DNA from: Alphaproteobacteria bacterium
Lineage (GTDB): Bacteria > Pseudomonadota > Alphaproteobacteria > UBA828
DNA: 64,000 nucleotides
Reading direction: 5' to 3'
NCBI GenBank assembly: GCA_965221125.1
Contig: CBDCRW010000004.1
Coordinates: 320,001-384,000 of the forward strand
Below the pieces are notes generated by a model, which worked only from the letters and a program-made list of their open reading frames with translations, searched no databases and was not told the DNA's origin. Of the stretch, positions 34,368 through 44,372 are shown piece after piece; the first letter of the stretch is position 1, and each line of letters starts with the position of its first letter. Position numbers and translations under genes: made by a program.

Positions 34368-35365
34368 TGGCGAACTGCGTGACGCCGATCTCCCGGTAGC
34401 GCCGCACCTGATGGGCCACCTGCTCGGGCGTGCCCACCAACTGGTGCGCCAGGAAGGGCGGCAGGTTGGCGGGATCGGCCATCGCCTCCATCCGCTCCAT
34501 CTGCTGCACGTTGCGCTCGTAGGTGGGCACGTCCTTCCACGGGTTGGCGTGGGTCTCGTAGTGCGCGACCACCGCGCGGAAGAAGGCGGCGAGATAGTCA
34601 GTCGCCTCTTCCTGCGCTTGCTCTTCGCTGTCGGCGATGAAGCAGTGGATCCAGAGCGGGATGTCGGCGTCCGCCGGGCCGCCGCCCGCCGCCCGCCGCC
34701 GCGATCGCCTTCCATGCCGCGATGGAATCCGCGTTCTGCCGGAAGGGCGAGGCCGAGGTGCAGAGCAGCCCGAGCCCCATCTCCGCCATGCGCTCGGCCG
34801 TGCCGGGGTTGTTGCAGGCGCCGTAGAGGTGGATGCGCTCCCGCACGGGCCCTGGCCTGAGCGTCACCTCGCGCGGGATACTCGCGTGGGTGCCCTCGTA
34901 GCGGAAGGGCGCGCCGCTCAGCAGTCCGTCCGCGATCTCGTAGTGCTCGCGAAAGAGGTCGCGCGAATGCGCCATGTCGATGGCGCGGGCGTCGTACTCG
35001 ATGCGGGCCACGCCGCGCCCAAGCCCGATGTGTAGCTCGGCGTCGGTCATGATGCTCAGCATCGCCAGGTCTTCGGCGAAGCGCACCGGCTCGTACCAGG
35101 GCAGCACGACGACGGCGGTGCCGAGCCCCAGGCCGGGGCAGGCGGCCGCGACGTGGCTCAGGAAGAGCAGCGGCGAGGGCGAGGGGTAGTAGTCGGTGAA
35201 GTGGTGCTCCAGCACCCAGACGCTGCCGAAACCCAGGGACTGCCCATAGCGGCAGTCCTCCAGCATTTCGCGGTAGCGCTCACGGTCGCCGGCGGAGCCC
35301 GCGCACGCCGCCGGCATCACCGGGCCCACGGTGAAACCGAAGGCCGCGCCCGCACGTTCGCTCAT
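34282..35365 (-). pseudogene. Luciferase-like (LLM) flavin monooxygenase, frameshifted
   Basis: WVLEHHF, LGLGTAVVVLPW N-terminus and LVGTPEQV C-terminus in different frames; span 1084 nt, restored by removing 7 nt at 34679-34699. Confidence 0.82.
34679..34699. repeat. (CCGCCGC)x3 heptamer tandem repeat at the frameshift site
   Basis: Read directly from sequence. Confidence 0.85.
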
Positions 35366-35477
35366 GCCCCAGTCCTAGCGGACGCGGCCCTAAGCCCGCA
35401 ACCGGGAGACCTGTTGCGCGCGGACGGGGAAGCGGCCTCTCGCGCCTCTCGCGCCCCCGGCCCGAAAGCCGTCGGCG

Positions 35478-35990
35478 CTACTTGCCGATCACACCGCAGG
35501 CGATGCGGGGGCCGGCGGCACCCGCCGGATCGGTGACGTAATCGTCCGGTCCCTCGTGAATCACGATCGATGCGCCGTCCTCGTCGAACAGCGCGTCATC
35601 GAGGCTCAGCAGCGCGTTCAGGACCTCGATTTCCAGCGCGCCCGACTCCGGCACGTGGATGTTCGGCATGTCGCCCGCGTGCATCCCCTCGGCACTCATG
35701 ATCCCGTGCTTCTTGCCCGCCGGGTTGAAGTGGCCACCCGCGGACTTGAACGGCGGCTCGCAGACGCCGACCGCATGGACGTGGAACGCGTGGGCGCCCG
35801 CTGGCAGGTTCTCGAGCGTCGCGTGCAGCAGCGTGCCCTGCGGCGTCTCGCTCAGCGTGACCGTGCCGACGGATTCCCCGTTCGCGTTCATCATCGCGGC
35901 GCTCGCCTGCTCCGCCGCGCTCGCCCCATGCGTGGCCGCCATCAACGCGGCGGCGGCGAGGAAGATGCTGGCTCCGGTCAGTCTCATCAT
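35478..35990 (-). CDS. sodC: Periplasmic Cu/Zn superoxide dismutase family protein
   Basis: Signal peptide; HAFHVH, GGHFNP, HAGDMPNI, VIHEGPDD, RIACGVI. Confidence 0.9.
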   Translation of the reverse strand: MMRLTGASIFLAAAALMAATHGASAAEQASAAMMNANGESVGTVTLSETPQGTLLHATLENLPAGAHAFHVHAVGVCEPPFKSAGGHFNPAGKKHGIMSAEGMHAGDMPNIHVPESGALEIEVLNALLSLDDALFDEDGASIVIHEGPDDYVTDPAGAAGPRIACGVIGK

Positions 35991-36050
35991 CGTCCTGTCC
36001 TCATCGTTGGAGTCCCGATACCTGGCTGCTTTGCCCGGTCGCGGGCAGGA

Positions 36051-36476
36051 TCATTCTATACCGTTGGCCCGCTGAAGCTCGCGCACGTAGCGGATGATCT
36101 TGAGCGTGTCCTCGTCCGAGACGCCGTCCACCGGCGCCATGTTGCCGAACGGCCAGTGGTGGGCGCGAACGCCGTTGCGCACGGCGAGGATGAACGAGAT
36201 GTCGGCATGGTGGTTCGGCTCGTAGATTATGTGGACTAGCGGCGGCCCCTGGTCCGAGCCGGTCGCGTGCAGCCCGTGGCAGGTCATGCAGTTCTCCTCG
36301 AACAGCGCCTGGCCCGCCTTCGCCTCGGCGGAGAGCGTGGGGATCGTGATGCTCACGGCCGCGCCGTCGGAGTGCGCCGGCTCGCCGCCGAACCACTGCG
36401 TCCACGCGACCGCGCCCACGATCGCCGCGGCCGCGAGCGCGCCGATGTAGAGCTTGTCCCGCAGGGTTTTCATCAT
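36051..36476 (-). CDS. Monoheme cytochrome c, membrane-anchored, His-rich
   Basis: N-terminal TM helix, CMTCH, YEPNHH, HHWPFGNM; overlaps cueR stop. Confidence 0.88.
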   Translation of the reverse strand: MMKTLRDKLYIGALAAAAIVGAVAWTQWFGGEPAHSDGAAVSITIPTLSAEAKAGQALFEENCMTCHGLHATGSDQGPPLVHIIYEPNHHADISFILAVRNGVRAHHWPFGNMAPVDGVSDEDTLKIIRYVRELQRANGIE

Positions 36477-36877
36477 CCGTCGTCTCCGTGGGCCGGGCCG
36501 GCGAGGTCGTCGAGGATGGGGCAGTCCGGCCGCGCGTCGCCGTGGCAGCGCTCCACGAGGGTCGCGAGCGTGCCGCGCAGCCCCTCCATCTCCGCGATCT
36601 TGCGGTCGATCCGGCGCAGGTGCGCTTGCGCCAGCGCCTTGACGTCCGCGCTCGCGCGCTCGTGGTCCTCGTAGAGCGAGAGCAGCGTGCGGCACTCCCT
36701 GATCGAGAACCCGAGCGAGCGGGCGCGCGCGAGGAACCTCAGCTTGTGCACGTCGGTCTCGACGAAGGCGCGGTAGCCGTTCTCGCCCCGCAGGGGCCGG
36801 ACGAGGCCGATGTCCTCGTAGTAGCGGATCGTCTTCGCCGAGAGCCCGCTCGCTTGCGCAACGTCGCCGATCTTCAT
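36473..36877 (-). CDS. cueR: Cu(I)-responsive MerR-family regulator
   Basis: KTIRYYEDIGL, RASADVK, CHGDARPDCPIL. Confidence 0.95.
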   Translation of the reverse strand: MKIGDVAQASGLSAKTIRYYEDIGLVRPLRGENGYRAFVETDVHKLRFLARARSLGFSIRECRTLLSLYEDHERASADVKALAQAHLRRIDRKIAEMEGLRGTLATLVERCHGDARPDCPILDDLAGPAHGDDG

Positions 36878-36897
36878 GGCCGCCTCCGCGATTCCCT

Positions 36898-36928
36898 CTC
36901 ATAAGGGTTGCCGCGACTGGAAGGTCAA
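36898..36928 (-). promoter_or_regulatory. MerR-type promoter towards cueR
   Basis: TTGACC, 19-bp spacer TTCCAGTCGCGGCAACCCT, then TATGAG on minus strand. Confidence 0.6.
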
Positions 36929-36942
36929 GATCATGAGCCCCC

Positions 36943-36973
36943 TTGACCTTCCAGTCACTGGAATTCCTACCTT
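36943..36973 (+). promoter_or_regulatory. CueR operator / copA promoter
   Basis: TTGACC, 19-bp spacer containing dyad TTCCAG-TCA-CTGGAA, then TACCTT. Confidence 0.85.
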
Positions 36974-37004
36974 CGCGTGAGGAGAGAGACCCGAAGAGGC
37001 AGCG

Positions 37005-39311
37005 GTGGACCCCGATACATCGGTCGAGCACACGGCGCGCGACCCCGTCTGCGGCATGAGCGTGGAGCGCGAGGGCGCCCGCCACACGGCCCGGCACGCG
37101 GGGCGGACCTACTATTTCTGCTGCGCCCGCTGCCGGGAGCGCTTCGTCGCGGCGCCCGAGAAGTTTCTCGATGGCCGCCCCGCGCCCCAGCCTGCGCCCG
37201 CGGGGAGCCTCTACACCTGCCCGATGGACCCCGAGATCGTGCAGCCAACGCCCGGCGACTGCCCGATCTGCGGCATGGCGCTGGAGCCGATGATGCCGGT
37301 GGCCGATGCGGGGCCCTCGCCCGAGCTGGGCGATCTCCGCCGCAGGCTCCGGCTCGCCGCACCGCTGGCAGGCGCCGTGTTCGCGCTGGAGATGGGGAGC
37401 CACGCCGGCATCCCGTTCGATGCCTGGATCGGCCCCCGCCTCTTCGTCGCCCTGCAGTTCCTGCTGGCGACGCCCGCGCTCTGGATTTGTCGCGCGTTCT
37501 TCCTGCGCGGGCTCGCCTCGGTGCGGAACCGCTCGCCCAACATGTGGACGCTGATCGCGCTCGGCACCGGCGCAGCCTGGCTCTTCAGCGTCGCAGGGCT
37601 GCTCGCGCCCGGCATCTTCCCCGCGGCGGTGCTCACGGCGGGCGGGCAGCCGCCGGCCTACTTCGAGGCGGCGGCGGTGATCCTGGTGCTGGTGCTGGTA
37701 GGCCAAGTCATGGAAAGCGCCGCCCGCGAGCGCACGGGCGATGCCATCCGTGCGCTCATGGGCCTAGCGCCGAAGACCGCGCGTCGTCTGACCGACGGCG
37801 GCGAGGCCGACGTGCCCTTGGACGCGGTCCGCCCCGGCGACCTGCTCTGCGTGCGGCCGGGCGAGAGCGTGCCCGTGGACGGCGTCGTGACCGAGGGCCG
37901 CGCCACCATCGACGAGAGCATGATTACCGGCGAGCCGACGCCTGCGGAGAAGGGGCCGGGCGATCCGCTCACCGGCGGCACGCTCGACAAGAACGGCAGC
38001 CTGGTGATGCGGGCGGAGCGGGTCGGCGCCGAGACCACGCTCGCTCGCATCGTCGCCCTGGTGGCGAAGGCCCAGCGCAGCCGCGCGCCGATCCAGGCGC
38101 TTGCCGACCGGGTCGCCGGCGTCTTCGTGCCGGCCGTGGTCGCCGTCGCGGTGCTGGCTGCCATCGGCTGGGCGGTGGCCGGACCGTCGCCCGCGCTGGC
38201 CTACGCGCTGAGCGCGGCGGTGAGCGTGCTCATTATCGCGTGCCCCTGCGCGCTCGGGCTGGCGACGCCCATGTCGATCATGGTGGCCGCCGGGCGCGGC
38301 GCCCAGGCCGGCGTGCTGGTGCGGGACGCCGAAGCGCTGGAGCGGCTTGCCAGGGCGGACCTGCTGGTCGTGGACAAGACCGGCACCCTGACCGAGGGGC
38401 GGCCCGCCGTGACCGATATCGTTCCGCTGGCCGGTCCCGACCGCACGCGGCTGCTCGCGCTCGCGGCGGCGCTGGAGCGGAGTGCCCGGCACCCGCTCGC
38501 CGAGGCGGTGGTCGACGCGGCCGAGGCGGCAGGCGCCCCCTACCTCGCGGCGAGCAACGCGGACTCCGTGACCGGCCGGGGCGTGCACGGTCGCGTGGCG
38601 GGCCACGATGTCGCGCTCGGCAACGCCGCCATGATGCAGGCGCTGGGCGTCCCCCTCGGCGACCACGCGGCGCTGGCCGGCTCGCTGGAGGACGCCGGCA
38701 AGACGGCGATGTTCGTGGCCGTGGACGGCGCCCTTGCGGGCGTGATCGCGGTCGCGGACAGGGTGCGGGAGACCGCCGCCCAGGCCATGCGGGAGCTTGA
38801 GGCGATGGGCCTCCGCGTCGTCATGGCGACCGGCGACAGCCCGCGCGTGGCCGGCATCGTCGCGAGCACGCTGGGCATCGGCGAGGTGCACGCCGCGCTC
38901 GTGCCGGAGGAGAAGGGCGCGCTCGTCGAGCGCTTCCAGCGCCAGGGCCTGACCGTCGCCATGGCCGGCGACGGGGTGAACGACGCGCCGGCGCTGGCAA
39001 CAGCGGACGTCGGCATCGCCATCGGCACCGGCGCGGACATCGCGCTGGAGAGCGCGGGCATCACGCTGGTCAAGGGCGACCTGCGCGGCATCGTGCGCGC
39101 CCGCCGGCTCGCGCGCACGACCATGGGCAACGTGCGCCAGAACCTCTTCCTCGCCTTCGTCTACAACGCCGCAGCGATTCCCGTCGCCGCCGGCGTGTTG
39201 TTCCCGCCCTTCGGCATCCTGCTCTCGCCCATGATCGCCGCAGCCGTGATGAGCTTGTCCTCTGTCTCCGTCATCGGCAACGCGCTCCGGCTGCGCGCCG
39301 CGAAAGTCTAG
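37005..39311 (+). CDS. copA: Copper-translocating P1B-type ATPase with YHS and heavy-metal-binding domains
   Basis: DPVCGM, YTCPMDP...CPICGM, TGE, CPC, DKTGT, GDGVNDAP, YN and MxxSS. Confidence 0.95.
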   Translation: MDPDTSVEHTARDPVCGMSVEREGARHTARHAGRTYYFCCARCRERFVAAPEKFLDGRPAPQPAPAGSLYTCPMDPEIVQPTPGDCPICGMALEPMMPVADAGPSPELGDLRRRLRLAAPLAGAVFALEMGSHAGIPFDAWIGPRLFVALQFLLATPALWICRAFFLRGLASVRNRSPNMWTLIALGTGAAWLFSVAGLLAPGIFPAAVLTAGGQPPAYFEAAAVILVLVLVGQVMESAARERTGDAIRALMGLAPKTARRLTDGGEADVPLDAVRPGDLLCVRPGESVPVDGVVTEGRATIDESMITGEPTPAEKGPGDPLTGGTLDKNGSLVMRAERVGAETTLARIVALVAKAQRSRAPIQALADRVAGVFVPAVVAVAVLAAIGWAVAGPSPALAYALSAAVSVLIIACPCALGLATPMSIMVAAGRGAQAGVLVRDAEALERLARADLLVVDKTGTLTEGRPAVTDIVPLAGPDRTRLLALAAALERSARHPLAEAVVDAAEAAGAPYLAASNADSVTGRGVHGRVAGHDVALGNAAMMQALGVPLGDHAALAGSLEDAGKTAMFVAVDGALAGVIAVADRVRETAAQAMRELEAMGLRVVMATGDSPRVAGIVASTLGIGEVHAALVPEEKGALVERFQRQGLTVAMAGDGVNDAPALATADVGIAIGTGADIALESAGITLVKGDLRGIVRARRLARTTMGNVRQNLFLAFVYNAAAIPVAAGVLFPPFGILLSPMIAAAVMSLSSVSVIGNALRLRAAKV

Positions 39312-39321
39312 GGGTGGCGGC

Positions 39322-39783
39322 GTGCGCGGGGCAGCACGAGCGCTTGGTGTCGCCACGGCGGCCGCCGTCGGTTGGCTGCTTGCCGCACAGCTCGCGCTGG
39401 CATCGGAGGATCTCGCGCAGGGCGCCGCGCTTTACGGCGAGCACTGCGCCTCGTGCCATGGCGAGAACCTCGAAGGCGAGCCCGACTGGCGCAAAATGGG
39501 CGCCGACGGCCTCTATCCGGCCCCGCCCCACGACGAGACCGGCCACACCTGGCACCACGGCGACCGGCTGCTGTTCGATTACACGAAGCTCGGCGGCGCG
39601 GAGGTGCTGGCCATGCTCGGCATCGCCGATTTCGAGAGCGGCATGCCGGGCTTCGGACACGTGCTCAGCGACGATGACATCCGCGCTGTCCTCACCTACA
39701 TCAAGAGCACGTGGCCCGAAGACATCCGCCGCCACCAGGAGCGATTGACGCAGCAGGAAGCCGCGTCCCCGCAACGGGAGTAG
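39322..39783 (+). CDS. Monoheme cytochrome c
   Basis: Signal peptide, CASCH, APPHDETGHTWHH, distal MP. Confidence 0.88.
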   Translation: MRGAARALGVATAAAVGWLLAAQLALASEDLAQGAALYGEHCASCHGENLEGEPDWRKMGADGLYPAPPHDETGHTWHHGDRLLFDYTKLGGAEVLAMLGIADFESGMPGFGHVLSDDDIRAVLTYIKSTWPEDIRRHQERLTQQEAASPQRE

Positions 39784-39791
39784 ACCGCAGC

Positions 39792-40238
39792 GTGACCGAT
39801 CGCCCCCGGCCTCCGGGCTCCCGCGCGCTCTTCTGGGCCGCCGCCCTGCTGTGGCTGCCGGCGGGCGTGGTGGCATCTGCGGCGATCCGGTTCGGGCCGA
39901 GCGCGGTCGAGCCCGGCGCGCTGCTGACGGCGATGGCGATGGCCTCGTCTTCGCTGGTCGTGGCGTCGGTCTGCGGCCTGCCGCTCGCGCTCGCCTGCCG
40001 GCGCCTCGGGCGCCTCGGCCATCCCCGCCTGGCCTGGGTCGGGGGCGCGGTGCTCGGCGCAGCAACGGTGGCGGCGTCGATCCTGGCCGGCCTGTTCGGC
40101 CCGCTCGGCATCGCCGTCGCGGCCCTGGTGCTGAGTGCGCCGGTCTGGATCGCCGTGGTGTGGCGGGGCCGGCAGGCGCGGGCCGACGACGAGGAGGGCG
40201 AGCGTCCGCCTCTGGACGGGCGGGGCCGCCGTCCATAG
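39792..40238 (+). CDS. Hypothetical membrane protein (about 4 TM)
   Basis: Hydrophobic segments; fills gap after cytochrome gene. Confidence 0.55.
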   Translation: MTDRPRPPGSRALFWAAALLWLPAGVVASAAIRFGPSAVEPGALLTAMAMASSSLVVASVCGLPLALACRRLGRLGHPRLAWVGGAVLGAATVAASILAGLFGPLGIAVAALVLSAPVWIAVVWRGRQARADDEEGERPPLDGRGRRP

Positions 40239-40294
40239 GCTGACCCCGCGCCACCCGATCGAGCCGCCGTGGCGCATCCGACCGTGGAGCGCCA

Positions 40295-41500
40295 ATGGAA
40301 ACGCGGCTGGGGGCGACGCTGCGCCCGTACTTTCCGCTCGCTGCCGGGGTTCTGGTCAACCTCTCGATCGGGATTCTCTACGCCTGGAGCGTCTTCGTGG
40401 CGCCGCTGGAGAGCACGCTCGGCGCCGACCGTGCGACGGTGAGCGGCGCGCAGTCGCTTTGCCTCTTCACGGCGACCGTCGGCTGCTTCGTGATGCACCG
40501 GCTGCTGCACTGGTTCACGCTGCCGCAGCTCACCCTGGTCATGGGCGCGGTGACGGCTGCCGGGCTCGCGCTCGCGGGCTTCGGCCAGTCGGTCGCGGCA
40601 CTCTACGTCGGCTACGGCGTGCTCTACGGCTTTGGCGCCGGCGTCCTCTATTTCATCGCGATGACGGCGGTCAGCATCGAGGGGCCGGTGCGCTCCAGCA
40701 TTGCCATGAGCATCAACATGTCGGCGGTCGCGGCCGGCGGCATCGCCTGGGCGCCGGGCCTCGTCGTCATGATCGATTCGATGGGGCCGGCGCCGGCTTT
40801 GGGCATCAGCGCGGCGGTCGTCCTCGCGGCCGGGGCGATCGGCGCCGCGCTCATCGCCTATTCCGGCAAGGAGCCGCCTGCAACCGGCGCGATCGGCCTC
40901 TTCCATGACCTGCTGACCGATCGGCCCCGCGTCGTGATCCTAATTTCCCTGGGCTTCCTCTGCGTCGCGTTCACGGCGCTCGCGGTCATCGGTCACGCGG
41001 CGACGATGATGGCTGCATGGGGCGCGACGGAGGGCCAGACCCAGTTCGCGCCGATGCTGAGCAGCGCGGGCTACGTGGCGGGCGCCCTGGTCGGTGGCTG
41101 GCTCACCGACCTGCTGACGGGCCGGCGCGTTCTCGTCTGCGTCGGCATCGTCATGGGGGTGTTTCTGCTGGCGCTCTACGTCGCACCCGGCGTGATCATG
41201 GGGCTCGCCGCCATCGGCGCGGTCGGCCTCGCCTTCGGCGCGCTCGCGAGCGCGCACCCCGTGACCGTCGCAGGCTATTACGGGGCGGCAGCGCTGCCCC
41301 GGGTCTTCGGCCGCATCGCGCTCGCCTACGGGCTGGGCGGCCTGCTCGGGCCGTTCAGCGCCGGCGCGATCTACGACGCCGATCAGCACTACGGCACCGC
41401 GATCGTCCTGATCGCCGTTCTCGCCTTCGTGGGCGCGGCGTTCTATGCCGGCCTGCCCCGCCGCGAGAGGCTCGGCGCATCGGCAGGCACGCCGGCCTGA
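40295..41500 (+). CDS. MFS transporter (oxalate/formate antiporter-like)
   Basis: GILYAWSVF, YGVLYGFGAG; about 12 TM. Confidence 0.85.
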   Translation: METRLGATLRPYFPLAAGVLVNLSIGILYAWSVFVAPLESTLGADRATVSGAQSLCLFTATVGCFVMHRLLHWFTLPQLTLVMGAVTAAGLALAGFGQSVAALYVGYGVLYGFGAGVLYFIAMTAVSIEGPVRSSIAMSINMSAVAAGGIAWAPGLVVMIDSMGPAPALGISAAVVLAAGAIGAALIAYSGKEPPATGAIGLFHDLLTDRPRVVILISLGFLCVAFTALAVIGHAATMMAAWGATEGQTQFAPMLSSAGYVAGALVGGWLTDLLTGRRVLVCVGIVMGVFLLALYVAPGVIMGLAAIGAVGLAFGALASAHPVTVAGYYGAAALPRVFGRIALAYGLGGLLGPFSAGAIYDADQHYGTAIVLIAVLAFVGAAFYAGLPRRERLGASAGTPA

Positions 41501-41523
41501 GGGGCGAACAGGGAGGAGAAACC

Positions 41524-42351
41524 ATGCCGCACATCACGACGAACGACGGAATCCGCCTCAACTATGTGGAGCGCGGCAGCGGTGCCCCGCTGGTCATGAT
41601 CCCCGGCTGGTCGCAGACCGCCGCGCAGTTCGAGGCGCAGATCGAAGGACTCTCCGCGCGCCGCCGCGTCATCGCCTTCGACATGCGGGGGCATGGCGAA
41701 TCCGACAAGCCGGAGCACGGCTACAAGATCCAGCGCCTCGCCATGGATGTGCGCGGCGCGATCGAGGCGCTCGGGCTCGAACGGGTGAGCCTGCTCGGCC
41801 ACTCCATGGGGTGCTCGGTGATCTGGTGCTACATCGATCTCTTCGGCGAGGAGGGGCTGGAGCGGCTCGTCCTCGTCGACCAGATGCCGAGCATCACCGC
41901 GCGGAGCGAGTGGTCCGCGCAGGAGAAGCAGGACGCAGGCGCGATCTTCGACGGCGCAAGCCTCTACGAGACCATTGCCGCGCTTGCCGGCGCGGACGGC
42001 GTGGGCACCACCAAGGGCTTCATCGGCAGCATGTTCACGTCTGCCTATGCGTCCGAGCGGGTGGCCTGGGTCATCGAGCAGAACCGCAAGATGCCGCGCC
42101 GGCACGCGGCCTCGCTCCTGCTCAACCACTCGACTCAGGACTGGCGCGACCTGATCCCCCGCATCACGCTGCCGGCGCTGATCGTCGGCGGCCGCGTGAG
42201 CCTGATCGACTGGCGCTCGCAGGAATGGATGCAGCGCCAGATCGCGGGCGCGCAGCTGGAGATCTTCGAGGAGGCCGACGGCGGCAATCACTTCATGTTC
42301 ATGGAGAATCCCGAGCGCTTCAATCGCCTGGTCGACGACTTCCTCGGCTGA
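41524..42351 (+). CDS. Alpha/beta hydrolase (non-heme haloperoxidase-like)
   Basis: DMRGHGES, GHSMG, NHFMFMENP; GGAGGAG RBS. Confidence 0.9.
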   Translation: MPHITTNDGIRLNYVERGSGAPLVMIPGWSQTAAQFEAQIEGLSARRRVIAFDMRGHGESDKPEHGYKIQRLAMDVRGAIEALGLERVSLLGHSMGCSVIWCYIDLFGEEGLERLVLVDQMPSITARSEWSAQEKQDAGAIFDGASLYETIAALAGADGVGTTKGFIGSMFTSAYASERVAWVIEQNRKMPRRHAASLLLNHSTQDWRDLIPRITLPALIVGGRVSLIDWRSQEWMQRQIAGAQLEIFEEADGGNHFMFMENPERFNRLVDDFLG

Positions 42352-42444
42352 GCGCCGGCGCGCGCCCGCCCGCCTTGACGGGCCGGGGCGGGAGGCGTAC
42401 TTGTGCCCCTCCCGCGCCCCCGCCAGCCGCACGGAACTCTCACA

Positions 42445-42996
42445 ATGGTCGATGTCGCGATCAAGTCCACGGACGGGCATCCGCTCGTCTTCCTGCCCAA
42501 GCACGACGGCTACGCCGACGCGTACCTCCAGCGCATCCTGCGCCGGGTCAAGACCTTCGCCATGGTCGGCGCCAGCACCCATTGGCGCCGGCCCAGCTTC
42601 TACGCCATGAAGTATCTGACCAAGAAGGGTTATCGGGTGATCCCGATCAACCCCGGACGGGCCGGCAAGACGATCCTCGGTGAGACCGTCTACGGCAGCC
42701 TCGCCGCCGTCCCCGACAAGCTCGACATGGTGGACATCTTCCGCACCTCCGAGGAAGCGCTGGATATTACCAAGGACGTGATCGCAGCGAAGGACGAAAA
42801 GGGCATCGAGGTGCTCTGGATGCAGCTCACCGTCCGCAACGACCATGCCGCGCAGCTCGCCGAAGAGGCCGGGCTCACGGTCGTCATGAACCGCTGCCCC
42901 AAGATCGAGTTCGCCCGTCTCTCGGGCGAGCTGAGCTGGAGCGGCATCAACTCGCGGATCGTATCCGCCAAGCGGGCAAGGCCCATCAACGCATGA
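42445..42996 (+). CDS. CoA-binding protein (YccU type)
   Basis: AMVGAS, DMVDIFR, LWMQL, VMNRCPKIE. Confidence 0.9.
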   Translation: MVDVAIKSTDGHPLVFLPKHDGYADAYLQRILRRVKTFAMVGASTHWRRPSFYAMKYLTKKGYRVIPINPGRAGKTILGETVYGSLAAVPDKLDMVDIFRTSEEALDITKDVIAAKDEKGIEVLWMQLTVRNDHAAQLAEEAGLTVVMNRCPKIEFARLSGELSWSGINSRIVSAKRARPINA

Positions 42997-44318
42997 ACGA
43001 GATGCAACCCCTCAAGACGGATGCGGCCGAGGCCGCGGCCCAGCGCGAGTACGGGATCGAGACGCTCGCGGTCCACGCCGGCGCGCGGCCCGACCCGGTC
43101 ACCGGCGCGCGGTCCACGCCGATCTACCAGACCACGTCCTTCGCCTTCGACGATGCCGACCACGCTGCCGAGCTCTTCAACCTGCAGACCTTCGGCTACA
43201 TCTATTCGCGCATCACCAACCCCACCGTGGCCGTGCTCGAGGAGCGTGTCGCGGCGCTGGAGAACGGGCGCGGCGCCGTCGCGGCATCGACCGGCCATGC
43301 GGCGCAGTTCCTGGTGGGCGCGACCCTGCTGGAGAGCGGCGACGAGTTCATCTCGTCCAACAACCTCTATGGCGGCTCGGTCACCCAGTTCGGGATCAGC
43401 TTCAAGAAGCTCGGCTGGACCTGCCATTTCGTCGACATGACCGAGCCCGAGAACATCGAGCGGGCGATGACGGACAAGGTCAAGTTCCTCTTCTGCGAGG
43501 GGCTCGCCAACCCCGGCGGCATCGTGCTCGACCTCGAGGCGATCGCCGAGGTCGCCAGGCGCCACGGCGTGCCGCTGGTCGTCGACAACACGATGGCCTC
43601 GCCCTATCTTTGCCGGCCCTTCGATCACGGCGCCGATCTCGTGCTCCACTCGACCACGAAGTTCATCGGCGGCCACGGCAACACCATGGGCGGCATGGTC
43701 GTGGAATCCGGCCGCTTCGACTGGTGGCAAAACGACAAGTTCCCGAGCATGACGAAGCCGGATCCGGCCTACCACGGCCTCACCTTCGCCGAGACATTCG
43801 GCGATTTCGGCTTCACCATGAAGATGCGCGCCGTGGCGCTCCGCGACTACGGCCCCTGCATGGCGGCGCAGGCGGCGTGGAACCTGCTGCAGGGCGTGGA
43901 GACGCTGCCGCTCCGCATGGAGCGCCATTGCTCCAACGCGCTCGCGGTCGCCCGCTACCTGGAGGGCCACCCCAAGGTCTCCTGGGTCTCCTACGCCGGG
44001 CTGGAATCGAACCGCTACTACGAGCTTGCCCGGAAATACCTGCCGCGCGGCGCCGGCGCCGTCTTCACCTTCGGCGTCAAGGGCGGCTACGAGGCCGGCC
44101 TCAAGGTGGTGGACAAGGTGAACATGTTCTCGCATCTCGCCAACATCGGCGACACGCGGAGCCTCATCATCCACCCGGCATCCACCACGCACCGCCAGCT
44201 CACCGACGAGCAGAAGGTCAAGGCCGGCGCCGGGCCGGACGTGGTGCGGCTCTCCATCGGCATCGAGAGCATCGACGACATCATCGACGACCTCGACCAG
44301 GCTCTCGATCAAGCCTGA
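42993..44318 (+). CDS. metY: O-acetylhomoserine aminocarboxypropyltransferase
   Basis: PIYQTTSF, IYSRITNPT, HSTTKFIGGHG, HLANIGD, HPASTTH. Confidence 0.9.
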   Translation: MNEMQPLKTDAAEAAAQREYGIETLAVHAGARPDPVTGARSTPIYQTTSFAFDDADHAAELFNLQTFGYIYSRITNPTVAVLEERVAALENGRGAVAASTGHAAQFLVGATLLESGDEFISSNNLYGGSVTQFGISFKKLGWTCHFVDMTEPENIERAMTDKVKFLFCEGLANPGGIVLDLEAIAEVARRHGVPLVVDNTMASPYLCRPFDHGADLVLHSTTKFIGGHGNTMGGMVVESGRFDWWQNDKFPSMTKPDPAYHGLTFAETFGDFGFTMKMRAVALRDYGPCMAAQAAWNLLQGVETLPLRMERHCSNALAVARYLEGHPKVSWVSYAGLESNRYYELARKYLPRGAGAVFTFGVKGGYEAGLKVVDKVNMFSHLANIGDTRSLIIHPASTTHRQLTDEQKVKAGAGPDVVRLSIGIESIDDIIDDLDQALDQA

Positions 44319-44372
44319 CGGACCCGTCTTGCCTACATTTGGGGTAACGCCGGCGCCGTTCGGGCGGCAGGC

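Noticed and set aside
35390-35420. AACCGGGAGACCTG resembling the 3' end of a cobalamin riboswitch
   Set aside because: Wrong strand for the flanking genes and other conserved elements are missing
42352-42445. SAM riboswitch upstream of the CoA-binding/metY pair
   Set aside because: No SAM-II or SAM-SAH consensus recognisable
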